Assembly (NCBI GenBank): GCA_003208875.1
Contig: QCUR01000004.1
Location: forward strand, 32,001 to 96,000
Direction of reading: 5' to 3'
Length of the DNA stretch: 64,000 nucleotides
From: Prochlorococcus sp. AG-679-M23
GTDB taxonomy: Bacteria > Cyanobacteriota > Cyanobacteriia > PCC-6307 > Cyanobiaceae
Position numbers and translations under genes: made by a program. The notes below the pieces were generated by a model, which was not told the DNA's origin, ran no database searches, and saw only the letters and a program-made list of their open reading frames with translations. Positions 1 through 8,684 of this stretch are shown piece after piece (the stretch's first letter is position 1; every line of letters begins with the position of its first letter).

Positions 1-529
1 TGGTTTCGTATTGATTAAGCTTTCCATTAATAATTTGGAAACCGCAAAAGCTGATACCTTCTGGAGACCCTGCTGCAGCTCGGACGAAGCCTGATGCAAT
101 TCTTTGGGAAAAGTTGGGAGATCTATTTGGAGTGAAAAGTTCGCCTCTAATTTGCATAATTCCTGAAACAGGAAGTTTGAGGGGTATGTCTTGAATTTCA
201 GCAATTTTGTTTGTGACATCTATACCTTTTCTAGAAATGGACTTTTCTAAGTTGCCATCTCTGTATTGCAAAGCAATAGCAATGCCATCAATCTTAGGCT
301 CTATTAACAATCGAGTATCAGGCAGCAATCCTTCTAAGAATTCATCAATAGAATTCTTTTTTAATGAAGGTAATGGGAGAGATTTTTTATTAGTAAAGTA
401 ATCGCAATCAGGATCTATTCTTAAAAGATTTTTTTCTAACTGATCAAATTGTTTATCTGTAATTAAGGCATTGCCTATTCTGTAATTGTGGTCGTACCAT
501 TCGAGTCTCTCTTCAAGATATGTTGTCAT
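1..529 (-). CDS. NAD-dependent DNA ligase-like protein, N-terminal/adenylation domain (runs off the left edge; missing from the ORF track)
   Basis: Manual translation from ATG at 529: MTTYLEERLEWYDHNYRIGNALITDKQFDQLEKNLL...LLIEPKIDGIAIALQYRDGNLEKSISRKGIDVT...QIRGELF. It has the KxDG adenylation motif, a domain Ia-like N-terminus and the RGE motif III. Confidence 0.88.
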   Translation of the reverse strand, partial: MTTYLEERLEWYDHNYRIGNALITDKQFDQLEKNLLRIDPDCDYFTNKKSLPLPSLKKNSIDEFLEGLLPDTRLLIEPKIDGIAIALQYRDGNLEKSISRKGIDVTNKIAEIQDIPLKLPVSGIMQIRGELFTPNRSPNFSQRIASGFVRAAAGSPEGISFCGFQIINGKLNQYET

Positions 530-655
530 AATTTATTGGCTCCTTTAATATCATATATTTCTTGAAAACTAGATTGATATCTAGTTATATCAACAGATTT
601 CATATGAAATTATACATTAGTTTCACAAAAGTTTTCTAAAAAATTAACCTTCTTT

Positions 656-664
656 TGCTATAAT
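656..664 (+). promoter_or_regulatory. Extended -10 promoter element (TGcTATAAT), probably for tRNA-Ser
   Basis: Perfect TGnTATAAT about 30 nt upstream of the tRNA 5' end. Confidence 0.6.
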
Positions 665-695
665 AATAAAGTTAAAAATTTAATATTTTTCACCA

Positions 696-785
<90 letters not shown>

Positions 786-811
786 TATTTATAGAAAATC
801 AAATTTAATTT

Positions 812-841
812 GTGTTTTTGGAAAACCGAAAGCACTTTTTT
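812..841 (+). terminator. Intrinsic terminator after tRNA-Ser
   Basis: GTGTTTTTGG-AAAA-CCGAAAGCAC stem with G-U pairs, followed by a T6 run. Confidence 0.65.
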
Positions 842-863
842 ATTGGAAACAAAAGATTTTTAA

Positions 864-1586
864 TTAGTCATATGTTTTTGAAGAGTTTTTGAGTAATTCA
901 TTCAATTCAAAGAGTTCTTCTTTGGTAAATTCGCGATATTCTCCTGTTGATACGTCTAATTTAATATTCATAATTCTTACACGCTTCAATGATTTTACTC
1001 TAAATCCTAGGGATTCACACATTCTCCTAATCTGACGGTTAAGTCCTTGAGTGAGTATGATTCTGAATTTTTTTGGCCCCAATTGTTTTACGAAACAATT
1101 CTTAGTAATGGTATCTAATATTTCAACGCCATTACTCATGCTTTGAATAAAGTCTCTATTAATCGGCCGATTAACGCTTACGATGTATTCTTTTTCATGA
1201 TTATTTCTTGCTCTGAGTATTTTATTTACGATATCTCCATCGTTAGTTAAGAAAATCAATCCCTCACTGTGCTTATCCAATCTTCCAATTGGAAAAATTC
1301 TTGTAGGATATTTAATGAAATCTATGATATTGTCGGATTCTACTCTTCTATCGGTTGTGCAAACAATTCCAGCAGGTTTATTAAAGACTAAGTATATTTT
1401 TTCGTGTTTCGTTGATTTTTCTATTCTTTGACCTTCAACTTCTACTTGATCTCCATCCTCTACCTTGGTACCCATTTCTGGAATTTGACCATTAATAGTT
1501 ACTTTTCCTTCTTCAATTAGACTATCTGCTACTCTTCTAGAGCAGTAACCGACTTCACTTAAATATTTATTTATCCTAGTAGCCAT
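864..1586 (-). CDS. rluF: RsuA/RluF-family RNA pseudouridine synthase
   Basis: S4 domain (RINKYLSEVGYCSRR), NKPAG motif, catalytic GRLD motif, GLNRQIRRM. Confidence 0.85.
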   Translation of the reverse strand: MATRINKYLSEVGYCSRRVADSLIEEGKVTINGQIPEMGTKVEDGDQVEVEGQRIEKSTKHEKIYLVFNKPAGIVCTTDRRVESDNIIDFIKYPTRIFPIGRLDKHSEGLIFLTNDGDIVNKILRARNNHEKEYIVSVNRPINRDFIQSMSNGVEILDTITKNCFVKQLGPKKFRIILTQGLNRQIRRMCESLGFRVKSLKRVRIMNIKLDVSTGEYREFTKEELFELNELLKNSSKTYD

Positions 1587-1899
1587 TTTGTCAAAGTTAC
1601 CTTTTATTTATTTGAAATTTAGTTATTTTCTCGAAAAAAAAAATTAATTGACTTTATTTTAACTAATTGACTTAGTAAGAATAGTTAAATTGCAAATTTG
1701 GAGAGCTACTGTTGCGACTGTTGATTTTGATCTACGACTGGCTGTTTAAATTCTAGTTTTCTTTCGAGTCTCTTGATGACTGACCAAGTTGCGGATTTAT
1801 ATTTAGATAATAGAACTACTTATTGTTTGATCTTAAGGTTTTATTGATTAACTCTTAGCGCGCTTACTTCATTCATCTGAATATTAATAAATCATTTTT

Positions 1900-2190
1900 T
1901 CATAAAAGATGTCTACACATATACCAAAAATGTTCTACATCGATTGTGGTCGTTTTGAACTTATCAGTTTCTATTTTTCTTGAAGATGACCTTTGCATTA
2001 TGACTTTTATTGATGGATGCTTCATTGAATATACAGGTTTAAATCCTGCTTTTTTTGCTTCGTTATGAAGATCTCTCTTTTGATAGGAATCCATTCCACA
2101 AAATAATATAGAGGGTTTATTGTCTAATCCTTCTTCTGATTTCAACATCCTATATTTTAAAACTTTTGCAATCTTTTCTAATTCCCACAT
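1900..2190 (-). CDS. Hypothetical protein, possible stand-alone BRCT-like domain
   Basis: 96-aa ORF; ILFCG...DLHNEAKKAGFKPVYS...IDVEHFWYM resembles the BRCT pattern (by eye). Confidence 0.7.
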   Translation of the reverse strand: MWELEKIAKVLKYRMLKSEEGLDNKPSILFCGMDSYQKRDLHNEAKKAGFKPVYSMKHPSIKVIMQRSSSRKIETDKFKTTTIDVEHFWYMCRHLL

Positions 2191-2219
2191 TATTATTTAT
2201 TCAAAGAAATAATCAATCA

Positions 2220-2423
2220 TTACTTATAGTATTTAATGACACTAAATACGCCAACAAAAAGGATAACAATTGCAACACCATAAAATACGAAAGGAATAAT
2301 CGGATATTTATATAAAGTATTTCTAACTTTCTGCTTGACCTTATCTTTATTAAATTCGGGTAAAACAAACTCTTTTTCTCTAGGGGGTAAACCCAAATCT
2401 TTCCTTCTTTTAGCTTCTCCCAT
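2220..2423 (-). CDS. DUF2839-family small membrane protein
   Basis: Characteristic MGEAKRRK-LGLPPR N-terminus and one C-terminal TM helix; start set to the ATG at 2423. Confidence 0.85.
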   Translation of the reverse strand: MGEAKRRKDLGLPPREKEFVLPEFNKDKVKQKVRNTLYKYPIIPFVFYGVAIVILFVGVFSVIKYYK

Positions 2424-2527
2424 ATTAAAAACAAGACTATTCAAATGGTAATCCAATACAGATCTTATTTGGTTTTAAATACACTGTTTATTTTTGTTTT
2501 TGTTAAAGTTAATTTTTGGAAATAGCT

Positions 2528-2728
2528 ATGGGAAAAGGATTTGCAACAAAAACACAAAGTACCAATAAAACAAAAAAAATAATTACTTCAAAAGAACCCA
2601 AAGGTAGACTCATCTCATGGTCTCCTTGGCCACCAGCAAATTTCCAAACTCGCTATCCTGCTTTTCCCTTGGTTCTCACATTATTAATTATCTTAGTTGG
2701 GCAATGGTATATTTCACTTTTGAGATAA
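2528..2728 (+). CDS. Small hypothetical membrane protein
   Basis: MGKGF N-terminus typical of small cyanobacterial proteins; C-terminal TM helix. Confidence 0.65.
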   Translation: MGKGFATKTQSTNKTKKIITSKEPKGRLISWSPWPPANFQTRYPAFPLVLTLLIILVGQWYISLLR

Positions 2729-2778
2729 TTTAAACCTTCATATTAAATTTAAATTAAGTTGAGGATATTTAAATAAAT

Positions 2779-3375
2779 TTGTTTTTCTTTATCTTATTTT
2801 CTGCACATTTGCAAGCAGTAATTGTCCCAATAATTTTTGGAATTAAATCAATTAATAAATTTAAAAATATAAAAAACCATATTCTAATTCCCTTTGGTTT
2901 TATTTTTTTAGGTTTAGCCTCATTGTTTGAGATGATTGATCATACAAAAACAAATTGGATTTATATAGATCATTCTTCTCTCTTTAATTGGTTTTTTTAT
3001 ACTTTTCTTGCATTAGGCTTAACAAGTTTTACCATATCAGTTATTAAAAATAAATTTGCTATTGGAACAAATATCTTCCTATGTTTTTGCTCAATAGTTT
3101 CCTATTTATTAATTGATAAAACGATCGCTCTCTCATTACAAGTAATTATTAGTATACTCTTGATTATAAATTGGCAACGAATGTTTAAAGATTGGATCTT
3201 CATTGCTTACCCAATATTTGGCATTGTTTTTACAACTTTCTTTGGAACAAATCTATCAATAACTGGAAACCAAATTTGGCATGTTTTTATTGGCCCATCA
3301 GGGACCATTAGTGTAATAACTTTTTATTTAGTATTAATGAGGTCAAAAAATAAATTATCTAAGATTTTGAAATGA
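2779..3375 (+). CDS. Hypothetical multi-pass membrane protein
   Basis: 198 aa with about 6-7 hydrophobic segments; the stop overlaps the next ATG (ATGA). Confidence 0.8.
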   Translation: MFFFILFSAHLQAVIVPIIFGIKSINKFKNIKNHILIPFGFIFLGLASLFEMIDHTKTNWIYIDHSSLFNWFFYTFLALGLTSFTISVIKNKFAIGTNIFLCFCSIVSYLLIDKTIALSLQVIISILLIINWQRMFKDWIFIAYPIFGIVFTTFFGTNLSITGNQIWHVFIGPSGTISVITFYLVLMRSKNKLSKILK

Positions 3376-3701
3376 GCAGATTTATCATTATCTTTTTTTT
3401 AATTTTGCTAACTTTCATCGTTTCACCAAATAAAACGTTAGCTGAAACACCTCTTGATGTTTATATGAATGATTTTTACACTAAATCAAACGAAGCCAGC
3501 AAAATTCTCAAAGAAATAGAAACTACTCTCAAAGAGGGTTCTAGAAAAAATGTATGTTCAAGACAGAGAGAAGCTGCAAGGTTAGGATTATTAGCTAATA
3601 AATCCTTAATTAAAGCATTTGAAGTAGGAGGAACAGAACCACCAATGGAAGCTATACAATCCAGTCAAAAAAGATGGGAATCTATTTTCAATGAATGTTA
3701 A
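3372..3701 (+). CDS. Hypothetical secreted protein
   Basis: Signal peptide ending TLA-E and two Cys; coupled to the upstream gene. Confidence 0.8.
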   Translation: MSRFIIIFFLILLTFIVSPNKTLAETPLDVYMNDFYTKSNEASKILKEIETTLKEGSRKNVCSRQREAARLGLLANKSLIKAFEVGGTEPPMEAIQSSQKRWESIFNEC

Positions 3702-3736
3702 AAAAAATGCAAGTAAACATAAACTTATGAAGTTCT

Positions 3737-4171
3737 TTAAATTTGCATTCTTACAGATTTGCTAATAAACGGTATTTCAGGTTCAACACCATTAATACAC
3801 TGGAAGATAGAAAAAATAAAAATAGATAGTGTAAATATAAATACTATTGAACCAAATTCAACTAAAGGCAAAATACGTAATAGATAACTAATTATGATTA
3901 AAGCAATATCAAGGAGTAATGCTTGGCAAGCGTTATATCTTATGAAATAAGGAACATTTGGATTTCTTACAACTCCTGCAAACAAGATTATAAAAAATAA
4001 TAAACCCCCAAAAGGTAAGGATCTTTCGATTATCGCAACAGGAAATGTAAGCAATAAAAGTACTTTTAAAAAAGAAAATTTATATAATAAAAAATATCCA
4101 AAAGGCAATGAAGCCTTCAGTGGCAAAGTATAAAAAAAAACTGAAGTTGCTCGTTGAATTATTTGATTCAA
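3737..4171 (-). CDS. Tic20/Ycf60-family membrane protein
   Basis: YTLPL...PFGGLLFFIILFAGVVRNPNVPYFIRYNACQALLLDI signature. Confidence 0.85.
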   Translation of the reverse strand: MNQIIQRATSVFFYTLPLKASLPFGYFLLYKFSFLKVLLLLTFPVAIIERSLPFGGLLFFIILFAGVVRNPNVPYFIRYNACQALLLDIALIIISYLLRILPLVEFGSIVFIFTLSIFIFSIFQCINGVEPEIPFISKSVRMQI

Positions 4172-4261
4172 TTAAAACCTACTCTTTAATATTTAATTTA
4201 ACGTATTTTCATAAAAACCAACTTTACTAAATATCATTGTGTGTAGATAATTAAACTTTAA

Positions 4262-4651
4262 ATGAGAATCTTACACACCATGTTGAGAGTTGGTGATCTA
4301 GATAAGTCTATTGATTTTTATGTAAATAGATTAGGGATGAATCTTATAAGAAGGAAAGATTATCCTCATGGAGAATTTACTTTAGCTTTTGTTGGCTATG
4401 GTTCTGAGAAAGATAATGCAGTAATTGAGTTAACTCATAATTGGAGAAAGAAATCAGAAGACTATGAGCTTGGAAATAAGTATGGACATATCGCTATTGG
4501 TGTAAAAGATATATATGACATTTGCAAGGGATTAGAAGATAACGGCTGTAATGTCACGACTAAACCAAAAACGATGAAAAACAGCACAACTGTTCTAGCA
4601 TTTGTTGAAGATCCTGATGGATATAAGATTGAACTTATTGCAAGAGATTAA
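4262..4651 (+). CDS. gloA: Lactoylglutathione lyase (glyoxalase I)
   Basis: MRILHTMLRVGDL, IELTHNW, YGHIAIGV and EDPDGYKIELI motifs. Confidence 0.95.
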   Translation: MRILHTMLRVGDLDKSIDFYVNRLGMNLIRRKDYPHGEFTLAFVGYGSEKDNAVIELTHNWRKKSEDYELGNKYGHIAIGVKDIYDICKGLEDNGCNVTTKPKTMKNSTTVLAFVEDPDGYKIELIARD

Positions 4652-4653
4652 TT

Positions 4654-4806
4654 ATGACAATTTCGGAATTAAATGAAGATACACAGGATCAAATATGCGA
4701 TCTTCTTGAAAATTTGCAGCAAATAGAGAAACTTAAAAATAAAGATATGCGTATTTTGTTAGATAAAATAGTTAGAACTTATGGGGGAAAAGTGGTAAAT
4801 AAATAG
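4654..4806 (+). CDS. Small hypothetical protein, 50 aa (not in the ORF track)
   Basis: ATG 2 nt after the gloA stop; MTISELNEDTQDQICDLLENLQQIEKLKNKDMRILLDKIVRTYGGKVVNK*. Confidence 0.65.
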   Translation: MTISELNEDTQDQICDLLENLQQIEKLKNKDMRILLDKIVRTYGGKVVNK

Positions 4807-4836
4807 GTTAGTTTCTAATTATTTTGCTATAAATTA

Positions 4837-4966
4837 ATTGAGGCCAAACCTCAATGAGTTAAATATATATATTTAACTCCAAGACATAGATTGATTACGT
4901 ATAGTTGTGTACTCAATTTAATAACCCTTCTGGTAGTGGGAATTTCTGGAAGGGTTTCTTGCTTTT
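4837..4966 (+). ncRNA. Candidate structured small RNA
   Basis: TGcTATAAA -10-like element at 4825-4833; hairpin ATTGAGG/CCTCAAT; 24-bp perfect palindrome at 4856-4879; terminal AACCCTTC/GAAGGGTT hairpin with a U-rich tail. Confidence 0.5.
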
Positions 4967-4998
4967 ACTTTGCCTTGTCAATACAAAATTAAGTATTA

Positions 4999-5376
4999 AT
5001 GCATAAAACTACAACTTGGCTAATTAGAGGGGTTGTTCTTATTGTTATGGGAGGATGCCTTCTTGCATATTTAAACTTAGAGAAAAAACCATCCTTAATT
5101 TTTTCAGAACCTACTATTGAGGATTTGAAATATAAAGAATTAGATAAGAAACGGGCAAATGCGGAATTTGCTGCAAAAAGAGATTCTATAGACTATGAAA
5201 AATTTGGAAGTACAATTTTTTGTTATTCCTCAATGAATAGCTGGATTGAATCAGTAAATTATTCTAAGCAAATGGATTTGTATATTTTTGGGGAAGATTC
5301 GGATTTATCAGAATGGGATAATGCAATCAAAGATTATGAAAACGAAAGGTCAAGATGTAGAGACTTTAATCCTTAA
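4999..5376 (+). CDS. Hypothetical membrane-anchored protein
   Basis: 125-aa ORF with an N-terminal TM segment. Confidence 0.75.
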   Translation: MHKTTTWLIRGVVLIVMGGCLLAYLNLEKKPSLIFSEPTIEDLKYKELDKKRANAEFAAKRDSIDYEKFGSTIFCYSSMNSWIESVNYSKQMDLYIFGEDSDLSEWDNAIKDYENERSRCRDFNP

Positions 5377-5564
5377 AGGAATTTTTATTTGCCTAGAGCT
5401 GTGGGTAACTCCAAAGGTCGAAAGTCTTAATCAGATTAGATAACAGTTATCGTATTATAAAATTTATAATCCCGACAAAAATACTACATTCTAAATATAT
5501 TCTAAACAGAATCTATAGACAATTTGAATAGATTAAACTATTCTTAGATTACAGCTAAAAATTT

Positions 5565-6056
5565 ATGTCCAAGAATTGGTCTTACATTAGAGATGAATGG
5601 CTTAAGAGCACAACTATTGCTGAGGATGACGCAAAGTGGGCGTTAGAAGCTTTAATTAATACCGAAGAAGATTTATTTGAAATTGAGAGGAAATTTAAAA
5701 ATAATCAAGATGCATTAGGACAAGTTAGAACTTTAAAGAAAAAAGTTAAAGAAACTATATCTACAAAAGAAACAAGCCTCGATGACATTGCTTTAAATAC
5801 TTCTAATTCAAACAAAGTTCAAATTTCCGTCCCATCAAATCTCAATTATCTTTTAAAGGTTTGGGCAGCTGCAGAAGGCCGAGATCTATCAAGTGTTGCA
5901 TTTCAGTGTTTAGAAACTGGTCTTAGAGAAATGAAGAGCAAAGGTTCAATTCCATCAATAGCAATAAATCGATATGATTCCGCTTGTCAGAAAAGAATTG
6001 CTTTAGCAGAAGTAAATAATTTATTAGAAAAATATGAAATTTCTCAAAGCGAATAA
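5565..6056 (+). CDS. Hypothetical protein with a ribbon-helix-helix-like DNA-binding segment
   Basis: KVQISVPSNLNYLLKVWAAAEGRDLSSVAFQCLETGL fits the CopG/Arc beta-helix-helix pattern; N-terminal coiled coil. Confidence 0.7.
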   Translation: MSKNWSYIRDEWLKSTTIAEDDAKWALEALINTEEDLFEIERKFKNNQDALGQVRTLKKKVKETISTKETSLDDIALNTSNSNKVQISVPSNLNYLLKVWAAAEGRDLSSVAFQCLETGLREMKSKGSIPSIAINRYDSACQKRIALAEVNNLLEKYEISQSE

Positions 6057-6063
6057 AAATAAA

Positions 6064-6453
6064 ATGATATTTAAAAAATACACTAATAAAGAATATCGTA
6101 AATTGATTGCATCATCTTTAAATCTAGCTCCTCAAAAATCTAAATTTGGAATAGTTTATACTCTTTATTCTGATAGATTTAATTTAATAGAAGTAGGCTT
6201 TGCTGAAAATGATAAAATCCTGAAAAATAAGATTTTGCAAAGCAATTCAATTTTATTAGATAAAAAGAAAGGTAAAGAACAAGACCTTAATTTATTAATA
6301 AAAACTCTAAATGAATTGGATATAAATTTTTCTAGTAGATTAAATTTCAGATATTCAAATATCTTAATAAGACATTTATTTACTTTAGGATGGCCCGTGG
6401 GGCGATCACTTTATAAACAGAGAAAAATCAAAAAAGAACTTTCATTAGCTTAA
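6064..6453 (+). CDS. Hypothetical basic protein, degenerate GIY-YIG/T5orf172-like N-terminal motif
   Basis: GIVYTLYSDRFNLIEVGFAEN; start chosen at ATG 6064, 7 nt after the upstream stop. Confidence 0.65.
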   Translation: MIFKKYTNKEYRKLIASSLNLAPQKSKFGIVYTLYSDRFNLIEVGFAENDKILKNKILQSNSILLDKKKGKEQDLNLLIKTLNELDINFSSRLNFRYSNILIRHLFTLGWPVGRSLYKQRKIKKELSLA

Positions 6454-6455
6454 AT

Positions 6456-6929
6456 TTAGATATAATCGCATTCTAATGTTTCCCTAGTTTCTCTATTAGT
6501 AAAAGGATTAGTTCCAGAGGCGTCTTTACAAAATTCCCTTACAACATCCCTTGGCAAGTAGACATTTGTGAAATCTGCGCCTTGAATTTTTACATTTTCA
6601 AATTGTGTACTATAAGCAAAAGAATCCTCTAAATTAGTATTTGTTAAATCAGTTCCATCTAATACGGCTGAGTCTAGAGTAACTTCTCTTAAATTAGAAT
6701 TACTTAAATTAGTATCCTTTAATTTTGCGCCATATAAGCTTGCATTTTGAAGATCACAATCTGATAAATTTGCATCCTGTAAATCCGTCAAATAGAAAGT
6801 TGCACCTTGTAAATCAGATCCCGAAAAATCAGTTCCTAATAATGATTGTTTGCCGTAATCTAATGCTGCGAAACAACTCAATGGAAAGATTAAAGTAATC
6901 GAACAAAAAATCAATATTATAAATCTCAT
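6456..6929 (-). CDS. Secreted pentapeptide-repeat protein
   Basis: Signal peptide plus A(D/N)Lxx repeats. Confidence 0.92.
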   Translation of the reverse strand: MRFIILIFCSITLIFPLSCFAALDYGKQSLLGTDFSGSDLQGATFYLTDLQDANLSDCDLQNASLYGAKLKDTNLSNSNLREVTLDSAVLDGTDLTNTNLEDSFAYSTQFENVKIQGADFTNVYLPRDVVREFCKDASGTNPFTNRETRETLECDYI

Positions 6930-7037
6930 TTAAATCTAAAAATGTTTAAATAAATTCTAACTTCTTAAGTTGAAAACAAGAAATATATTTTTAACTGAAT
7001 GCTATATTTGTTGATATGAAAAATATAAAAGTAGATT

Positions 7038-8684
7038 TTGGATATAAATCCTTTTGATGCAATCGTAGTAGGTTCAGGCGCAACAGGAGGAGTAGCTGCA
7101 CTTACTTTGGCCGAACAAGGAATTAAAGTTCTAGTAATAGAAGCAGGACCTCAAATTAAAAGAAATGAGGCTAGTAGTAATGAGCCGAGAGATACCTTAA
7201 ACAGATTATCGGGAATAATCTCAAAGAAACATGCTAATCAAAGTCAACATCCTGGTTATTGGAAAAATAACCCTGATTTATATTCAAATGAATTAAATCA
7301 TCCTTATATCCAATCAAAAGATAAGCCATTCCTTTGGACTCAAGGAAAGCAATATGGAGGTAGATCATTAACTTGGGGAGGTATTACTTTGAGATTTTCT
7401 CCAGATGATTTTCAACCATCAAAAAAAGATGGGTACGGACCAGATTGGCCTATAACCTACGATGAATTATCGCCTCATTATGATTTTATTGAGAAATTTT
7501 GTGGAATTTATGGACAAAAAGATAATATTGAAGAAGTTCCAAATGGGAAATATATTGGTGAAATACCTCTCACAAGTAATGAAAGTTTTTTTGGGAATCA
7601 AGTTAAATCAAAATTAAACTACCCATTTATTCAATCTAGAGGATTTGATCGTAACTCCTCAGTGAAAGAAGAGCAATGGCCAAGATCTTCAAGTATCGGG
7701 ACCACCTTTAAAAAAGCCATAAGCACCGGAAATGTTCAAATACTTTCTAATCACCTCGTAGAATCATTCGAAACAGACAAAATAACTGAGCTAGCTACCA
7801 AAATTATCATTGTTAATCTAGAAAATGGTCAAAGAATATCATTAAATTGCGATTTAATTATTCTATGTGCATCCACAATATCAACACTTAGGATTCTACT
7901 TAACTCGGAATCTAAATCAAATTCTTCAGGTTTTAAAGATACCTCCGTTAAGTTAGGAAAATATTTGATGGATCATATTTCTATCTGTAGGTTTTTTTCA
8001 ATTCCTAATACAATTCAGAAAAAAAATAAATCTAATTCTAATTTTTATCCTGACCTCTCGGGCGCAGGGAGTTTTTTCATACCCTTCGGGTCAAACTTAC
8101 CTAGACCTGAAAATATTAACTTTTTAAGAGGTTATGGAATTTGGGGCGCAATTGATAGGCTTGGAATCCCTAAGTTTTTACAAAAAGAATTAAATTCTTC
8201 TACAGGTTTTCTAATCGCCCATGGTGAGGTCCTACCAAGGAAAGAAAATTCAGTAACTCTCTCTAAGAGAACAGATAGCTGGGGGATTCGAATCCCTCAT
8301 ATTGAATTCAAATGGAGTGAAAACGAATTAAATATGGCAAAACATATGGAAAGTACGATAAGAGATTCGATAAAAGCGGCAGATGGGAAAATCAGAAGAA
8401 TGGATGAGCTCATAAATATTCCATATGTAGGATTATTTACAGAAAAATCTATTGCACTTTCAGGAAATCCACCACCACCGGGATATTATATTCATGAAGT
8501 AGGGGGAGCAGCTATGGGATTTAGTGAGGAAGAAAGTGTCGTCAATAAATCAAATCAACTATGGAGATGCAAAAATGTCCTTGTACTAGATGGTGCGTGT
8601 TGGCCAACTTCTTCATGGCAAAGTCCCACCCTAACGATGATGGCCATAAGCAGAAGAGCTTGTTTAAATATTAAAAAGACTTAG
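7038..8684 (+). CDS. GMC-family FAD oxidoreductase
   Basis: DAIVVGSGATGG, GGRSLTWG, IHEVGGAAMG and PTLTMMA motifs. Confidence 0.92.
   Translation: MDINPFDAIVVGSGATGGVAALTLAEQGIKVLVIEAGPQIKRNEASSNEPRDTLNRLSGIISKKHANQSQHPGYWKNNPDLYSNELNHPYIQSKDKPFLWTQGKQYGGRSLTWGGITLRFSPDDFQPSKKDGYGPDWPITYDELSPHYDFIEKFCGIYGQKDNIEEVPNGKYIGEIPLTSNESFFGNQVKSKLNYPFIQSRGFDRNSSVKEEQWPRSSSIGTTFKKAISTGNVQILSNHLVESFETDKITELATKIIIVNLENGQRISLNCDLIILCASTISTLRILLNSESKSNSSGFKDTSVKLGKYLMDHISICRFFSIPNTIQKKNKSNSNFYPDLSGAGSFFIPFGSNLPRPENINFLRGYGIWGAIDRLGIPKFLQKELNSSTGFLIAHGEVLPRKENSVTLSKRTDSWGIRIPHIEFKWSENELNMAKHMESTIRDSIKAADGKIRRMDELINIPYVGLFTEKSIALSGNPPPPGYYIHEVGGAAMGFSEEESVVNKSNQLWRCKNVLVLDGACWPTSSWQSPTLTMMAISRRACLNIKKT

Noticed and set aside
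207..401. 64-aa plus-strand ORF
   Set aside because: Antisense shadow of the ligase-like gene.
2213..2434. 73-aa minus-strand ORF
   Set aside because: Alternative frame over the DUF2839 gene, which carries the recognisable motif.
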